Source: Octopus sinensis
Taxonomy: Eukaryota
Direction of reading: 5' to 3'
DNA: 64,000 nucleotides
Assembly: GCF_006345805.1 (NCBI RefSeq)
Contig: NC_043004.1
Location: 39,804,001 to 39,868,000 of the forward strand
Of the stretch, positions 1-13,916 are shown piece after piece; within the stretch, counting starts at the first letter, position 1; each line of letters starts with the position of its first letter. Position numbers and translations under genes: made by a program. The notes below the pieces were generated by a model. It had not been told where the DNA came from and searched no databases. It saw only the letters and a program-made list of their open reading frames with translations.

Positions 1-459
1 ATAAGTGTCAGGCTTTAAAAAGTATGTCCTGGTGTCGATTTGTTCGAATAAAACCCTTCGCGGCTGAAACAAGTAAAAAGTAAAAGACGAAGGATTTCGC
101 ATCTGAGAGAAAAAGCTACATGTCAAACAATGAGATATACAATCATCAAGGGACCCACAAATAAAATAGTAAAATAAAGGGGTATCATTGGATTTGATCG
201 ACAACGATTAGGAAATAAGTCCATCGCTTGTAACAACATTTAAAAGAAAAACGCTGTATTGTTCCAGAATCCGTGACGTTGTGATTTTTGTCAATTTGAT
301 TGGCTGAAACCTTTGAAAGAGGTTCCAGAGAAGGGAAATGGACAATGAACTAATAAAGGAAAGAACATACAGATATGAATGAATATGGTTGCATAGATAT
401 ATGAATGTATGTATGTACACGCACGCACACACACACGCACACACACATATATATATATA

Positions 460-511
<52 letters not shown>

Positions 512-905
512 TTTTAATGTGTACAAATAACACGGAAAAAATAAATAGTTACCAGGGTAGCAGAAATTCTGAAAAGTGCCAAGGATGTTACAGCCTTGGC
601 ACTTGTAAAGGTAGAAGTTCCAGGGTTTAGTGAAATGTTTTTGTATTACATAGATAAATTAAAAAATGGAGCTAACGCAGGTGTTATACAAATTTGTATA
701 CTTCTGACATATGTTTCGAAGAAAACATTGGTATTATACCTGAGGGTGTAAAATGATATAAAACAATTTAATCATCTCGTCAAGGAAAAATGAGAAACAA
801 ACCATTTCAATAAGCCATTTTAACCGAATGTGATTACCGCGTATATGATGAAGGGAACGCTGGCAAGTTATTTTTTAAAACACCCTTAATAGATTTAACG
901 TCATA

Positions 906-1076
906 GGCGCAGGATTGGCTGTGTGGTAAGTAGCTTGCTTACCAACCACATGGTTCCGGGTTCTGTCCCACTGCGTGGCATTTTGGGCAAGTGTCTTCTG
1001 CTATAGCCCCGGGCCGACCAATGCATTGTGAGTGGATTTGGTAGACGGAAACTGAAAGAAGCCCGTCGTATATATG

Positions 1077-1111
<35 letters not shown>

Positions 1112-1317
1112 CTGTGTTTGTCCCCCTAGCATTGCTTGACAACCGATGCTGGTGTGTTTACGTCCCCGTAACTTAGTGGTTCGGCAAAAGAGACCGATAG
1201 AATAAGTACTGGGCTTACAAAGAATAAGTTCCGGGGTTGAGTTGCTCGATTAAAAGGCGGTGCTCCAGCATGGCCGCAGTCAAATGACTGAAACAAGTAA
1301 AAGAGTAAAAGAGTAAA
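906..1317 (+). mobile_element. tRNA-derived SINE, family A (CORE-like domain, internal microsatellite, AGTAAAAG tail)
   Basis: A-box-like TGGCTGTGTGG and B-box-like GGTTC..TCC head; GCA(T/C)(T/C)TTGGGCAAGTG CORE-like motif; many further copies in the window. Resembles octopus OR2/CORE-SINE from memory only. Confidence 0.85.
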
Positions 1318-1744
1318 GGCAATGTAAAGAAAGGCAAGGAGGAGAAAGAAAGAAATTAACAGAAAATTAAGAGTGAAGAAATATAGTACGACAGATGAGA
1401 AGAAATAAAGCTTAAAGGCGTTTCAATAGATATATGTAGCGGAAATAAAATGTAAGAAGACAGTCAAAATTTGAATTTTGTAGATTGCTAAACTACATAT
1501 AGGAACGAAGGGTAAGCTTTTACCAATGTTTGCAACGATAAACGCGTTCATCGTACACACCGGTAATCACATTCGATTAAAGTGGCTTATTCATATGGTT
1601 TGTTCCTTTTTCTTTTTTCTCCCTGGCGAGATGATTACATTGTTTTACATCATTTTATTACTCAGGAATAATAGCAATGTTTCTTCGAAACATATAGCGG
1701 AAGTATAAACATTTGAATAGCACCTGCATTTAATACCATTTCTT

Positions 1745-1869
1745 AATTATATATATATTATATATATATATATAATATATATATAATGTTATATATATAT
1801 ATATATATAATGTGTATATAATATATATAATGTTTAGTATATAATATATAATGTGTATATATATATATA

Positions 1870-1906
<37 letters not shown>

Positions 1907-2400
1907 GTATATAATATATATATATATAATGATATATATATATATATAATGTATATATATATATATATAATGTATATATATATATATAATGTGTATATAT
2001 ATTATATATAATGTGTTTATATATATATATAATGTTGTATAATATATATCTATTGTATATATATATATATATGTGTGTTATATAGATATATATATATGTG
2101 TATATATATAATATATGTATATATATATATGTATATATATGTATGTGTGTGATATATATATATGTATATATATATATGTATATATATATATGTGTGTGTA
2201 TATATATATATGTATATGTGTATATATATATGTATATATATATATATGTGTGTATATAGATATGTATATATATAGATATGTATATATATATATATATATG
2301 TGTATATATATATGTATATATAAATATATGTGTATATATATATGTATATATATATATATGTATATATATATGCATATATATATGCATATATATATGTATA
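1745..2400. repeat. Imperfect (TA)n/(TG)n compound microsatellite
   Basis: Directly visible; source of the I/Y/H-rich ORFs. Confidence 0.95.
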
Positions 2401-3016
2401 TACTTTGATACTTTGATAGCTTTCGGCCATTATTGGCCCAGGCCATGTCTAACTTAATAGCACTACTTGGTGAAGTCTTTCAAGTCAGAATTTGGGCACT
2501 ATGGCCCACTCAAGTAGAGGGTTATTGTTTACAGAGACATATCGGGTGTAGGGGGTTTATCGGGATTCTTGAAGGAATCTGTCCAAAGACTTCTTGAACC
2601 CTATAGGGTCTGTTTTGTTTTAATGGTTTTGGTGTAATGTTAAAGAGAGCGGGGCCAATTGAGATAAAATAATTGTGCCGTATTGTTGTTATGAGATGAG
2701 AGTGCGATTTTTGTTTTGGGCGGATGGCACGGGGCCCAAGCCTTGGATGTACCTAAAGGTGAAGCCACATCATTTGGGAATGCTGATGGAAATATTTTCC
2801 ACTCATGCAGATGATGTGTAGCTCACGACGACCGTTGGAGAGAATAAAGTTTAGCTTTTCTAGTCGACCCAAATAGTCGAGGCCTGTCATGCCATCTGTC
2901 TTGTTTGTGATTGCCCTTTGAGATGCTTCAACTTTTATGATACTTTGTTTGTGTGGGGGAGACCACAGTGGACAACAGTATTCAAGGTGGGGTCGGGCAA
3001 AAGTGGAGAAGAGAAG
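2400..3016 (-). mobile_element. CR1/L2-like LINE 3' end (degenerate RT C-terminus, 3' UTR, short tandem tail)
   Basis: Minus-strand translation STFARPHLEYCCPLWSP...KVEASQRAIT...LDYLGRLEKL...RRE matches the CR1/L2 'RPHLEY...W.P...QR.AT...ERL..L' motif; ends in (ATCAAAGT)x2. Confidence 0.85.
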
Positions 3017-3297
3017 GATAATATGTGTAATATATATTATATATATATATAGATATATATATATATATATATTATGCATATATATATGCATATATATATG
3101 TATATATATATACATATATAATATACATAATATATATATATGCATATATATATGTATATATATTATACATATATATATATATACATATATATGTATATAA
3201 CATATACATATATACATATATCTACATTATATACATAACTACATATAATACATATATATATATATATATATAACATACATATATATACATATATATA

Positions 3298-3328
<31 letters not shown>

Positions 3329-3415
3329 GTGTGTGTTGTGTATATATATATAATATATATTAATATGATTGACCGCCATTTACTAAAGCTTTCTTTTTTA
3401 TTCTCTCTCTGTTTA

Positions 3416-3451
3416 TTTTCTGTTGAAGAGCGTATGCTCGAAGCGTAAAAG
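3416..3451 (+). ncRNA. Degenerate minimal type I hammerhead motif (Penelope pLTR-like family)
   Basis: TTTT CTGTTGA A GAGC-GTAT-GCTC GAAG CG T A AAAG; A6 is U and GAAA is GAAG; same family as 51564-51599. Confidence 0.5.
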
Positions 3452-4021
3452 ACTTTCTCACCTTCACGAGCGTTAAACTAATACACCTGTTTGTTGTTTA
3501 CACACCTGTGTTCGTCTTTTGTTTTCTGTATATTCCTACTATATATATAAACATTTTTTTCTCTCTAGTTTCAGCTCAGAGCTGCGGCCATGCTGATGCA
3601 TCGCCGTTTATATATAGAGATATATATGTATATATATATTTATGTACAAACAACAATATATATATATATGTATGTGTGTATGTATGTATGTATGTATGTG
3701 TGTACTGTATATATATATATATATGTATATATGCTTTGTATGCATGTGTGTGAGTGTAGATGGGCATGAGTACTATGTATTCATATAATATTAATGGTTT
3801 ATTTTATATATACACGTTTGGTTCTCTATATATTATAATTTGTAAGCATGTTTATGCGGATGCCTGTACTTTCTATCTAATTAAATATCTACATATGAAT
3901 ATATGCACGAATGTACGTGGGTATATAATTAAATATTTGTATACATTATATATTCACTTGCAATACATACAAATAAATATTTAGTCATACACTGTTGTTT
4001 CGCATTCATACATACAGTGTG

Positions 4022-4077
<56 letters not shown>

Positions 4078-4763
4078 CATGTATCAATACATACATATAC
4101 ACATACCTATATTAATGTATACACAAGCACATATATGTATGTATGCATGTACGCGTGCACATGTACATCTGCATTTGTATGCTTGTCTTTCTATGCACGC
4201 ATGTATGAATGCATGCATCCATGCACATATAGTATACGCGTGTGTGGGTGTGTATATGATGTAACTAGCGCATATTCGTCTTAGGTCGATTTATACAAGT
4301 GCATTCAACCACGTTACCATGGCACTGATGACGTCTTCAACTATTCCAGCAGATTTTTCGCTTTACGTCAAACTGGAATCTTGCTTGCTTTAGCAAAGCT
4401 TTAGATTAAAGAAGTGATGTAGAGAAGTGTCTTACACACACACACACACATACACACACACACACACGCTCATGTATGTAGTATGTATGTATGCGCGTGT
4501 GTTTGTAATGTATATAGGTATTTGCATGTATCATACTCGCTTGTTAATATATTTATGTTCACATATACACAAACACACATACACACATACATAAATAGTA
4601 CTAGTTTCTACATACATGCATATAGATATATGTATGTGTGTATATATATATATATATATAATATATATATATATATTTATACACACACTCATATCCTTTT
4701 CTTTCTTTCCACCTATCTCCGTTTCTCCCTGTCACTTCCTCTCTCTCTTTCTTTATCTATCTA

Positions 4764-4825
<62 letters not shown>

Positions 4826-5074
4826 AATACTCCCATAAACACATGTTCTCTTTCTCATTTTTAACATTTCTCAAACTCCTTAATATATACAATCCTTCAC
4901 TCAGCCCTTCACACGCGCAATCACTCATCTCTAACGTTCATATTTTTTGTATTTTTTTTCATGTTTACCATTTCCCCCTTTAAATATGGTCTTCTCTTCT
5001 TTTCTCACGACTATATACACACTCTCAACACCCCTGTAACTGTTTGTGAATATGTATACACATACACAGGTATC

Positions 5075-5077
5075 TAC

Positions 5078-5122
<45 letters not shown>

Positions 5123-5802
5123 CGTACATGCACACATATATATGTACGTATGTGCAAATACATATGCACATATATATTTATATTATATATATATATATAT
5201 ATACATGTATATACATATACGTATACATATATACATTTACATGTACAAATATAGACATATATATGTGTATGTATGTATATATATATATATTTACATGTAT
5301 AAGAATATATATATATATACACATATATATATATACATATATATATACACATATATATATATACATATATATATACATATATACATATATATACATATAT
5401 ATATATACATATATACATATATATATACATATATATATACATATATACATATATATATACATATATATACATATATATATATACATATATATATATACAT
5501 TTATATATATACACATATATACATATATATATACATTTATATATATATACATATATACATATATATAATACATTTATATATATATATACATATATACATA
5601 TATATATATACATTTATATATATATTACATATATACATAGATATATATATATGTATATATATATACATATATACATATATACATTTATATATATATATAC
5701 ATGTATACATATATATATTATATATGTATATATAATACATATACATATATACATATATATATATGTATATATATATATACATATATACATATATACATAT
5801 AT

Positions 5803-5838
<36 letters not shown>

Positions 5839-5845
5839 ATATTCA
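5075..5845. repeat. (TG)n + (TA/CA)n compound microsatellite
   Basis: Directly visible. Confidence 0.95.
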
Positions 5846-6936
5846 TATATTAATTTGATGTGTATGTCTTATAAGTTCGTTATGCCTTAGATATTAAGTT
5901 TCGCCTGACAGCTTATTCACCAGACAGTTTGAGTTAGACGTGAAACGAATCTTTAAGTTCCATTCAATTCGAATTTCATAATATAATATATTTGAATTTA
6001 TTTGTAGTAGCACCATGAACGACGAACCATTACGACACGTAGTATCTCACACATAAAGCAGAGCTGAAATTTAATGCACAGTTTGCCGCAAAGGGTAGAA
6101 AATGCTGAAGTTTCCTTTAAAGCCTTTTCTCGAAAACTACCTTTTGAATTCTTTGGAGTCTGTTTTTTTTTCATATATATTATTTTACGTTTTCTTCCTC
6201 TGGTGAATGATGTCGCTCCAGTTGTCTGCACTTTCATGTACTCTCTTCTCCCAACAATATACCTTCCCAAATTTCCAAACTTCACTAGATATTTATTGCT
6301 GACACATATATCATCACTAAATTCCTTGAAAAGTCTCTCGACCACTTTGATCTGGTTTACCCCGGTCTGGTCTGGTTTGGTTTCATCTGGTCTCTTGGTG
6401 AATATTAGAGCAATTTCTACAGAATCAACTCAGGGTTTATGACTGGCACCGGAAACAAACTTTCGTTAACCACAGTAATTTCAGCTCTCCAAGACTAACT
6501 TACAAGCAAATCCTTGGGGATATAAAAACTGAGTGCCATTAGAAATCCTTTAAAATTTTCAATAGAAACTTAGCTCACTTTCTAAATTGTTTCAAATAGG
6601 TAATTGAAGAATGATGGGTTTTTGAATATCAATACTTTTTTAACATTAAACAATACTTCCTTGTAAGAATCTATGAATAAAGATTGTTACTGACTAGATA
6701 GTAACTCCCTAATCTTTTTTATGCCAAAGTTTTGGATGATCCCTCAAAAGAGCACTGTATGAGGACCATACTTATAGTTCAAATGTCTATGGGAAGCATA
6801 ATTTTTGTCACAGAGTTTTCCCAAGAGTTTGGTGCCTCTTCGGCAACTAAATAAAGCTTGGATAAGCATGCAACGACAGTCCAAAGTAGGAACATTTGCA
6901 AAGTATTGGCATTGTGACTGGATTATTGGCTATGAA

Positions 6937-7152
6937 AAGGCAGCTAGCTGGAAGAATCTTTGGCGCATAGGACAAAATGGTTAGCAGAACTTCTACCAGC
7001 TCTTTATGATCTGAGTTCAGTTTCCACCGAGTTCAACTTTGCCTTTCACCGTTTCAGAGTCGATGAAATAATTACCTGCTGAGTATTGGGGTCGGTATAA
7101 TCGACTATACCTCTTTCCTAAAATTGCCGGCATTGAACCAAAATTTGAAAGC
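6937..7152 (+). mobile_element. Old copy of SINE family B
   Basis: Diverged match to AAGGCGGCGAGCTGGCAGAA...TTCTGAGTTCAAATTCCGCCGAGGTCGACTTTGCCTTTCATCCTTTCGGGGTCGAT. Confidence 0.75.
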
Positions 7153-7450
7153 TTGAAAGAATTTTGGTTGGAACTCTTTACTCTTTAACCAGCAAGTTTT
7201 GAATGTAATTGGGGAAGGATTAATTACAGAGACAAGTATTTGATATTTTCAACTGATTTCTTGTCTGAAAACGGAAAAGTAAACCACTTCATTTAAGGTT
7301 TTTTTTATACCTAATTAGGATCAATGATTGAATATTATACTTATTACTGTATGATATTCAAGTCTATAATATTTATCATTTTTTTTTTATTGTTCGTTAG
7401 GTATTGTTTATGACTTTCGATGGTTAATTTTTAAGTTTGAATATCTGACA

Positions 7451-7744
7451 CTAGACGGAGGAAGGAAAAACTTTAGCGAGATGAGGGAATGAGTGATTGG
7501 AAATAGGAGTTAGCATGGCGGTTCGGTGGGGAGATAAGAGCCCATTAAGGTCACAAGAGGGAGGATAAATGAGTATTTTAGGACGAATGGAATAGTAGAA
7601 AAATGCAACTGGGTAGCTTTGACGAGCAGAGAACTTTGTAGTTACAAGAGAAAAGAAAGATCGAAGGGTCAGTGTGTTTACATACAAGATATATATTGTA
7701 GATCCTTTTTTATTTTGGATGCAGTCTAGGATATTTTTGTGCAT
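7451..7744 (-). pseudogene. Possible very degraded CR1/Jockey-type LINE C-terminal relic
   Basis: LDCIQNK...TLTLRSFFS...VAFFYY...SPHRT resembles 'LD.IQ..A...L.SL..RR.VA.L..FY'; weak. Confidence 0.3.
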
Positions 7745-7747
7745 ATC

Positions 7748-8051
7748 CGAGGGGAAGCTGAAAAGCTCTTGGCTTGGGGTAAAAACATACAGGTGGGTCA
7801 GTTAATTATGATTTAATTCAACATATTCCTCTCCCAGATTTACACACTGTAAAATAACATATATTTACATATAGGTGAAGGCGTGGCTGTGTGGTAAGAA
7901 GTTTATTTCCCAACCACATGGTTCCAGGTTCAGATCCATTGCGTAGCACCTTGGGCAAGGGTCTTCTATAGCCTCTGACCAACCAAATGTTGGGCCTCCA
8001 ACCAGGCCTTTTGCGATACCCTTAAGGTCAGGAACTTTTCAGTACCCCTCG
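7748..8051. mobile_element. Mariner-derived non-autonomous element with a nested SINE A fragment
   Basis: Left end CGAGGGGAAGCTGAAAAGCTCTTGGC; right end reverse complement CGAGGGGTACTGAAAAGTTCCTGAC followed by TA; SINE A head at ~7876-7985 inside. Confidence 0.6.
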
Positions 8052-8954
8052 TAACAACAGCATCATCCTAGAAGCTGAAAAAGTATTTTATATCCGGGTG
8101 TCATATGAGAGACCGTAGATATATTCATGACGTGTGGTATTTTTAAAATTGCCCTTTATGTCGTCTATTGTAGACGTGAATTTTGGTCAACAGCACGATA
8201 AAGAGCGAGAGAGATCTCTAGATGATGCCCTCTAAACATTACCTCGCTCACTGAGGGAAACGTTTCTGACTTGGCAGTGTTTGCTACTGGCGTTATATTT
8301 CAGAATTTAAAGTACTTCACGAGCCAAACTTTCAAATTGTGACATAAGAATTTCATGTCTGACTTCACTAAAGACTTTGCCTAATGCTTTGTGAAATTCA
8401 AATTACGGTTGAATACATTTATATGTATGTGTGTAGACTTATGTGCGTGTACTGTATGTTTAGAAAAACTTAAGAACATTTGCAGATGAATGCACCATTA
8501 TATACAAGCGAGTGTACATATACATACGTGTGTGTGTGTATCGTTTGTGTCCACATTGCGTCTCCCTTCAAAATGTATTTTTCTACTCCCTACCTTCTTC
8601 TTATTCTGTTTCACTCACGTTTCATTTCCGATAGTTAAAAAAAAAGAAATCGCCCAACTGAAATAACTTCAACCATTCCTTCCCAAAACCAGCGAAAACA
8701 TAGCTTTACCATTTAGCGTAAAATGCAAAACAAAAGTCACTTCAAAAACACCATAAGTTTCAAGAGGTTTAATTAACGGTTTTTGTTTGTTTTTTTTGTT
8801 TGGTTTTTTTTTTTTGCTTCTCTCTTTCTTTCCCTCTTCCTCTCTTTCTTTCTCTCTCTGAATACGTCAGTCTTCGCGATATCTTATGCCAATCATCCTG
8901 TAATTTCCAGGAACCTAATATTCAAGATGAGGGTCTCGAACAACTTTGTGTATG

Positions 8955-9340
8955 TTTTACTTGTTTCAGCCATAAGACTACGGTCATGCTGGGGCACCAC
9001 CTTGAAAAATTTTTAGCCGAAGGAATCGACACCAGTACTTTCTTTTATGAAGCCGAGCACTTATTATCGGACACTTTTGCCGAACCACAAAGTTATGGGG
9101 ACGTAAATACACCGGCCTTCAAGCGGTGGTGTGGAGAAACACAGACACAACGACAGACACACAGACACACACACACATCACACACACACACACACAGTTC
9201 CGACTACCAAATCCACTCACAAGGCTTTGGTTGGTCAGAGGCTATAGAAGACACTTGCCCAAGGTGCTACGCAATGGATCTGAACTTGGAACCTTGTGGT
9301 TGAGAAGTAAACTGCTTACCACACAACCACGCCTTCACCT
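8955..9340 (-). mobile_element. SINE family A
   Basis: Reverse-complement match to 906-1317. Confidence 0.85.
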
Positions 9341-9364
9341 ATATGTAAATATATATATATAAGC

Positions 9365-9407
<43 letters not shown>

Positions 9408-10299
9408 AATGAGTTAGGGTTGGGTGAATGTATATGTGAATGTATGGATATCTATGTGTGTGTTTCCCAATGTTGAGACCATGTAGGGGTTGCCACGTCA
9501 CATGGCTCACTAAGCATAGATAAGTTGATAAACATAAATAAATATCTGGATATCTTAATTGTTCCCATAATATTTGGATATGTAAATATTTATCTTAATA
9601 TCAATGTAAAAATATATAAAGCGTATGTTGGCGTATATTTGTGTAGAATGTTGGATATATAGATAAGCAGATTGATTGATAGTTATTTTGTTAAATAAGC
9701 GTTTTTTTTTTTCTGAGTATGTATAGGTTTATATTGAAGAGGTACACACACATCCCTACTTACCTACATACATATACACACGCGCGCGCACGTGTGCACA
9801 TGCACACACACCTACATATATATACTATATACATATACACATACACATACGCGCACGCACACACACACACACATATATATATATTGCTTATAAATTTTAG
9901 TGTATTTATTTTCCCCGGACACACACAAACACACACACATGCATATACATACATACACACATGCACATATATACACAAACACATATACACATATATATAT
10001 ATATATATATTGCATATACATTTCTGTGTACTTATTTTTACGTACATACACACACACACACACAAACTCACACGCAGTTAAGCAAGCGAAAGCAAAACAA
10101 AACATAAGGGAGAAAATAAGGATACCAAGCTGAAAAGCAACAAACTCTCGTAAAAATAGCAAAAACATTAAACTGGACCCGTAAAAGCAAACACCATTCA
10201 GGAAAAATGCCTCAGCTCTAATGACATCCCGCTTCAGGCATGAAAGCCACCACATACCATTACCAGGTAGCACCCACCATGCAACATGCACTAATTCGT

Positions 10300-10680
10300 G
10301 AACAGACCGAACACTGAAGAGCCTTGGGTCGCTCCGTCTTTTCTCTCGACCCCACAGACCCAGTGGTCCAAAAATCTCAAATCGGAAGTACAAAGCATGA
10401 TGGTGGGAGCCGCATTGTTATGTGACTCTCGAGAGTCGGGCCGAATAAATACGTCCCTCTTGTCATCACGTTTGAATTGTGCCTTATGGACCCCCTTCTC
10501 CCTTGTGCCAAACGTCTGATAGTGGACCCCCGTCACTTTATACTGTTCGGCAATAGCCTTCTTCGACTCTACTGAAGTTTTCGTTGATGATGTTCTAGAC
10601 CGGCTGAAGAATTTCAACCGTCTTCACAACATCTGACTGCTGTGAATGTTTTTTTCTTTCTTTTTTGGCCATGAATAACG
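10300..10680 (-). pseudogene. Possible pogo/Tigger-like transposase N-terminal relic
   Basis: KKRKKKTFT upstream then SKKAIAEQYKVT...REK, loosely like a CENP-B-type HTH; not confirmed. Confidence 0.25.
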
Positions 10681-11660
10681 CATTCGCACCAAAGACCTCC
10701 AATTTCCTACAGTCATTGTTGACAGCTAGAGTCACCAACATAATGAACCATTTTCATAGCTATAGTTAGATTGTAATCTGCCATTTTGATATTGTCGATG
10801 TGTCTGAAAGGGAAAATATGGCGCATTCCACGTAACATTATGCTAAATCGTCGTCTATTTATGGCCATTGATGTTTGTTCACAAACACTGGACACCCAGT
10901 TGATGTGTGTATATATGTATGCGTGTGTGAATGTGTTTGTGATTAATCAGTGTTGAGACCATCTTGAGTCACAACGTGCAGAGTTGATAAAGTGCGTAAC
11001 GTATATAATACAAAATTACCTGAGAGCTTAATGCTTCTGTAATATCTGAGTATGAAAATATATAAATTTACGTGTGTATTTGTGTGTATGTGAGTATTTA
11101 GTTTTGCTCCTTTAAATCCTGAGCTCAGTTCCTCCCATTCTACTGGTATTTATGAAGTAGCTGGATTATGGAGCAACAGAATTGTCAAAATTGGGCAAAT
11201 TATAATGCGGTATTTGAATAGTAGACATTTACGTTCAAACCCCGCTGACATCAAGTTTGACTGTCATCCTTCTATGGTCAGAATATAAAGCCCCAATTGA
11301 ACCAAGTACTGCAAGCGACTTAAACAGGAATGGAAATATAATCCTTTCTATTATAGGCAAAAGGCCTGAAGTTTGGGAGGAAGGGGCCACTCGATTACAT
11401 CGACCCCAATGCTCAACTGGTACTTGTTTCATCGGCCCCGAAAGGATGAAGGGCAAAGTCTATACCTGTCATCTTTTCGGGACCGATGAAATAAATACCA
11501 GCGGAACACTGTGGGGTCGATGTAACCGACTAGCCCCCTCCCTCAAAACTTTCAGCCCTTGTGCTAATTACAGAGAGGATTGTTGCGATTATTGTTAAGA
11601 CGTATAACTGACAGAATCGTTACTGAACCAGACAAAATCTTAGCGGTATTTCTTCCGACA

Positions 11661-11895
11661 AGGGCGGCGAGCTGGCAGAATCGTTAGCACGCCAGGCGAA
11701 ATGCGTAGCCGTATTTCGTCTGCCGTTACATTCTGAGTTCAAATTCCGCCGAGGTCGACTTTGCCTTTCATCCTTTCGGGATCGATAAATTAAGTACCAG
11801 TTACGCACTGGGGGTCGATGTAAACGACTTAATCCGTTTGTCTGTCCTTGTTTGTCCCCTCTGTGTTTAGCCCCTTGTGGGTAGTAAAGAAATAA
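11661..11895 (+). mobile_element. Young SINE family B (long tail) nested in an older family B copy, 15-bp TSD
   Basis: GTATTTCTTCCGACA at 11646-11660 and 11896-11910. Central GACTTTGCCTTTCATCCTTTCGGG.TCGATAAA.TAAGTACCAG resembles the Meta-SINE domain as recalled. Confidence 0.9.
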
Positions 11896-12304
11896 GTATT
11901 TCTTCCGACATTACGTTCTTGATTCAAATGCCATCTGGGTCGACTTTGCTTTTTCTTCCTTTCGGGGTTGGTAAAGTAAGTACCAGCTGAGCACTGGGGG
12001 CGATGTAATTGACTTATCCTCTCGCCCGAAATTGCTGGTCTTGTGCCAAAATTTGAAACCGTCGTTGATGTTGTTATTATTATTTCCGCTTGATGCATAT
12101 TTACTTATTTGTTTGTCTGTTTTTATTCATTTCTATTTAATATTTTCCAATCGAACATCATACACACTGCAACTCTACCGTTTGGAAATAAGGCCCGGTA
12201 ATGACCCCAGTTCATTGTCCGTGTGGCACGTAAAGAAATTAAAAATTACTATTTATGTTAGACGCTGGAAATCATTATTTTTTATTGTTGTATTATTGTT
12301 GTTA

Positions 12305-12689
12305 GTGGAAGCGCAATGGCCCAGTGGGTAGGGCAGCGGACTCGCGGTCATAGGATCGCGGTTTCGATTCCCAGACCGGGCGTTGTGAGTGTTTATTGAG
12401 CCAAAACATCTAAAGCTCCACGAGGCTCCGGCAGGGGATGGTGGTGATCCTTGCTGTACTCTTTCACCACAACTTTCTCTCACTCTTACTTCCTGTTTCT
12501 GTTGTACCTGTATTTCAAAGGGCCGGCCTTGTCACTCCCTGTGTCACGCTGAATATCCCCGAGAACTATGTTAAGGGTACACGTGTCTGTGGAGTGCTCA
12601 GCCACTTACACGTTAATTTCACGAGCAGGCTGTTCCGTTGATTCGGATCAACCGGAACCCTCGTCGTCGTAACCGACGGAGTGCTTCCA
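12305..12689 (+). mobile_element. tRNA-derived SINE family C (TCG at the anticodon position, Arg-like), followed by (ATT)n
   Basis: Head GCGCAATGGCCCAGTGG.TAGGGCAGCGGACTCGCGG...GGTTTCGATTCCC; near-identical reverse copy at 21813-22188; tail-only fragment at ~33206-33268. Confidence 0.9.
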
Positions 12690-12712
12690 TAAAAAAAAAA
12701 TTATTGTTGTTA

Positions 12713-12759
<47 letters not shown>

Positions 12760-12994
12760 ATTATTATTATTATTATCAAGCCGGTGAGCTGGCAGAATCA
12801 TTAGCACGCCAGCCAAAATGATTAGCCATGTTTAATCTGTCGATACATTTTGAGCCTAAAATTCTGCCAAGGTCGACTTTACATTTCATCCTTCTGGAGT
12901 CGATGAAATAAGTGCCCGTGGAATACTGGGAACGATGTAATCAGCTTACCCCAAGAATTGCTGGCTTTAAGCTGTAATGTGAAACCGTTATTAT

Positions 12995-13190
12995 TACCTT
13001 GCCATCCTCATCATCCTTTTTATTATTATTATTATTATCATTATTATTATTATCATCATCATCATTATTATTATTATTATTAATATTATTATCATTATTA
13101 TTATTATCATTATTATTATTATCATTATTATTATTATCATCATCATCATTATTATTATTATTATTAATATTATTATCATTATTATTATTA

Positions 13191-13231
<41 letters not shown>

Positions 13232-13232
13232 T
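12995..13232. repeat. (ATT/ATC)n trinucleotide microsatellite
   Basis: Directly visible. Confidence 0.95.
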
Positions 13233-13728
13233 TCATCTCCTTTCTCATTACAGATTGGATGCTGTTAACAGACGCCATTGCTAAGCAGTTATATTTTTCA
13301 AACCGATAATCATCGCCATTTCAAAAGACATATAATTTACATCAATTTTAGGGCAGGAACATTTTTGTGCTTTAGAATGAAGAACTGGTAACATGAAAAA
13401 AAAGAAGAAAAAGAAAGGAAAAAAACCAACAAGTCAAGAATGAACGAACGCTCAATAAAACCTCAAGCAGCAGATAACGTAACATAGAAAAAAAAATCTA
13501 CTTTCATTTTCAAATGTTGTCCTCACAATAACTTCTTAAACAACAAGACTGACAGAAATATGAACAAAACAATATTATCAACCACATAAAACCAACAATA
13601 ATCATTTGTACGAGCCAGTGTAGGAGCTTATATGCGGTCGATCCACCGGCTGCTAGAAATCACAGGCTAACCGTTTAACTTACACAACGCTATGTGTTGT
13701 ATGATGAATTTCTTAAAGACTTTTATTA

Positions 13729-13916
13729 CCGTACTTTCTAGCATACAAATCGGCGTAGCATATCGTGTAAACACGCAGAGTAAACATTCAAACTCGTTTT
13801 CTATATCTCCAAATACATTTCTCGTGGAATTTTTGGTCTTCCAATGTGATCTTAGGGTATAAGTCGACCTGTTAATTTTGGTCTGAAAAAGTCGGTTTGT
13901 ATGCCGGAAAATACGG
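13729..13916. mobile_element. Tc1/pogo-type MITE with TA TSD
   Basis: TA|CCGTACTTTCTAGCATACAAATCG ... CGGTTTGTATGCCGGAAAATACGG|TA imperfect TIRs. Confidence 0.7.

Noticed and set aside
1758-2446. Long I/Y/H/T/C/V-rich ORFs here and at 5.0-5.8, 15.8-16.6, 17.8-18.6, 22.6-23.1, 46.5-47.0 and 58.5-58.9 kb
   Set aside because: Translations of dinucleotide and tetranucleotide microsatellites, which lack stops in several frames.
2415-2450. GGCC-AATAAT-GGCC-GAAA on the minus strand resembling hammerhead stem II + GAAA
   Set aside because: No CUGANGA upstream; it is a stem-loop in the CR1-like 3' UTR.
9812-10393. 193-aa hydrophobic ORF resembling a membrane protein
   Set aside because: Non-ATG start, runs into microsatellite, no recognisable domain; hydrophobicity follows from T-rich sequence.
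12305-12380. tRNA-Arg(TCG)-like sequence, also at 22.1 and 44.9 kb
   Set aside because: SINE head: no proper acceptor stem and it continues into a shared repeat body.
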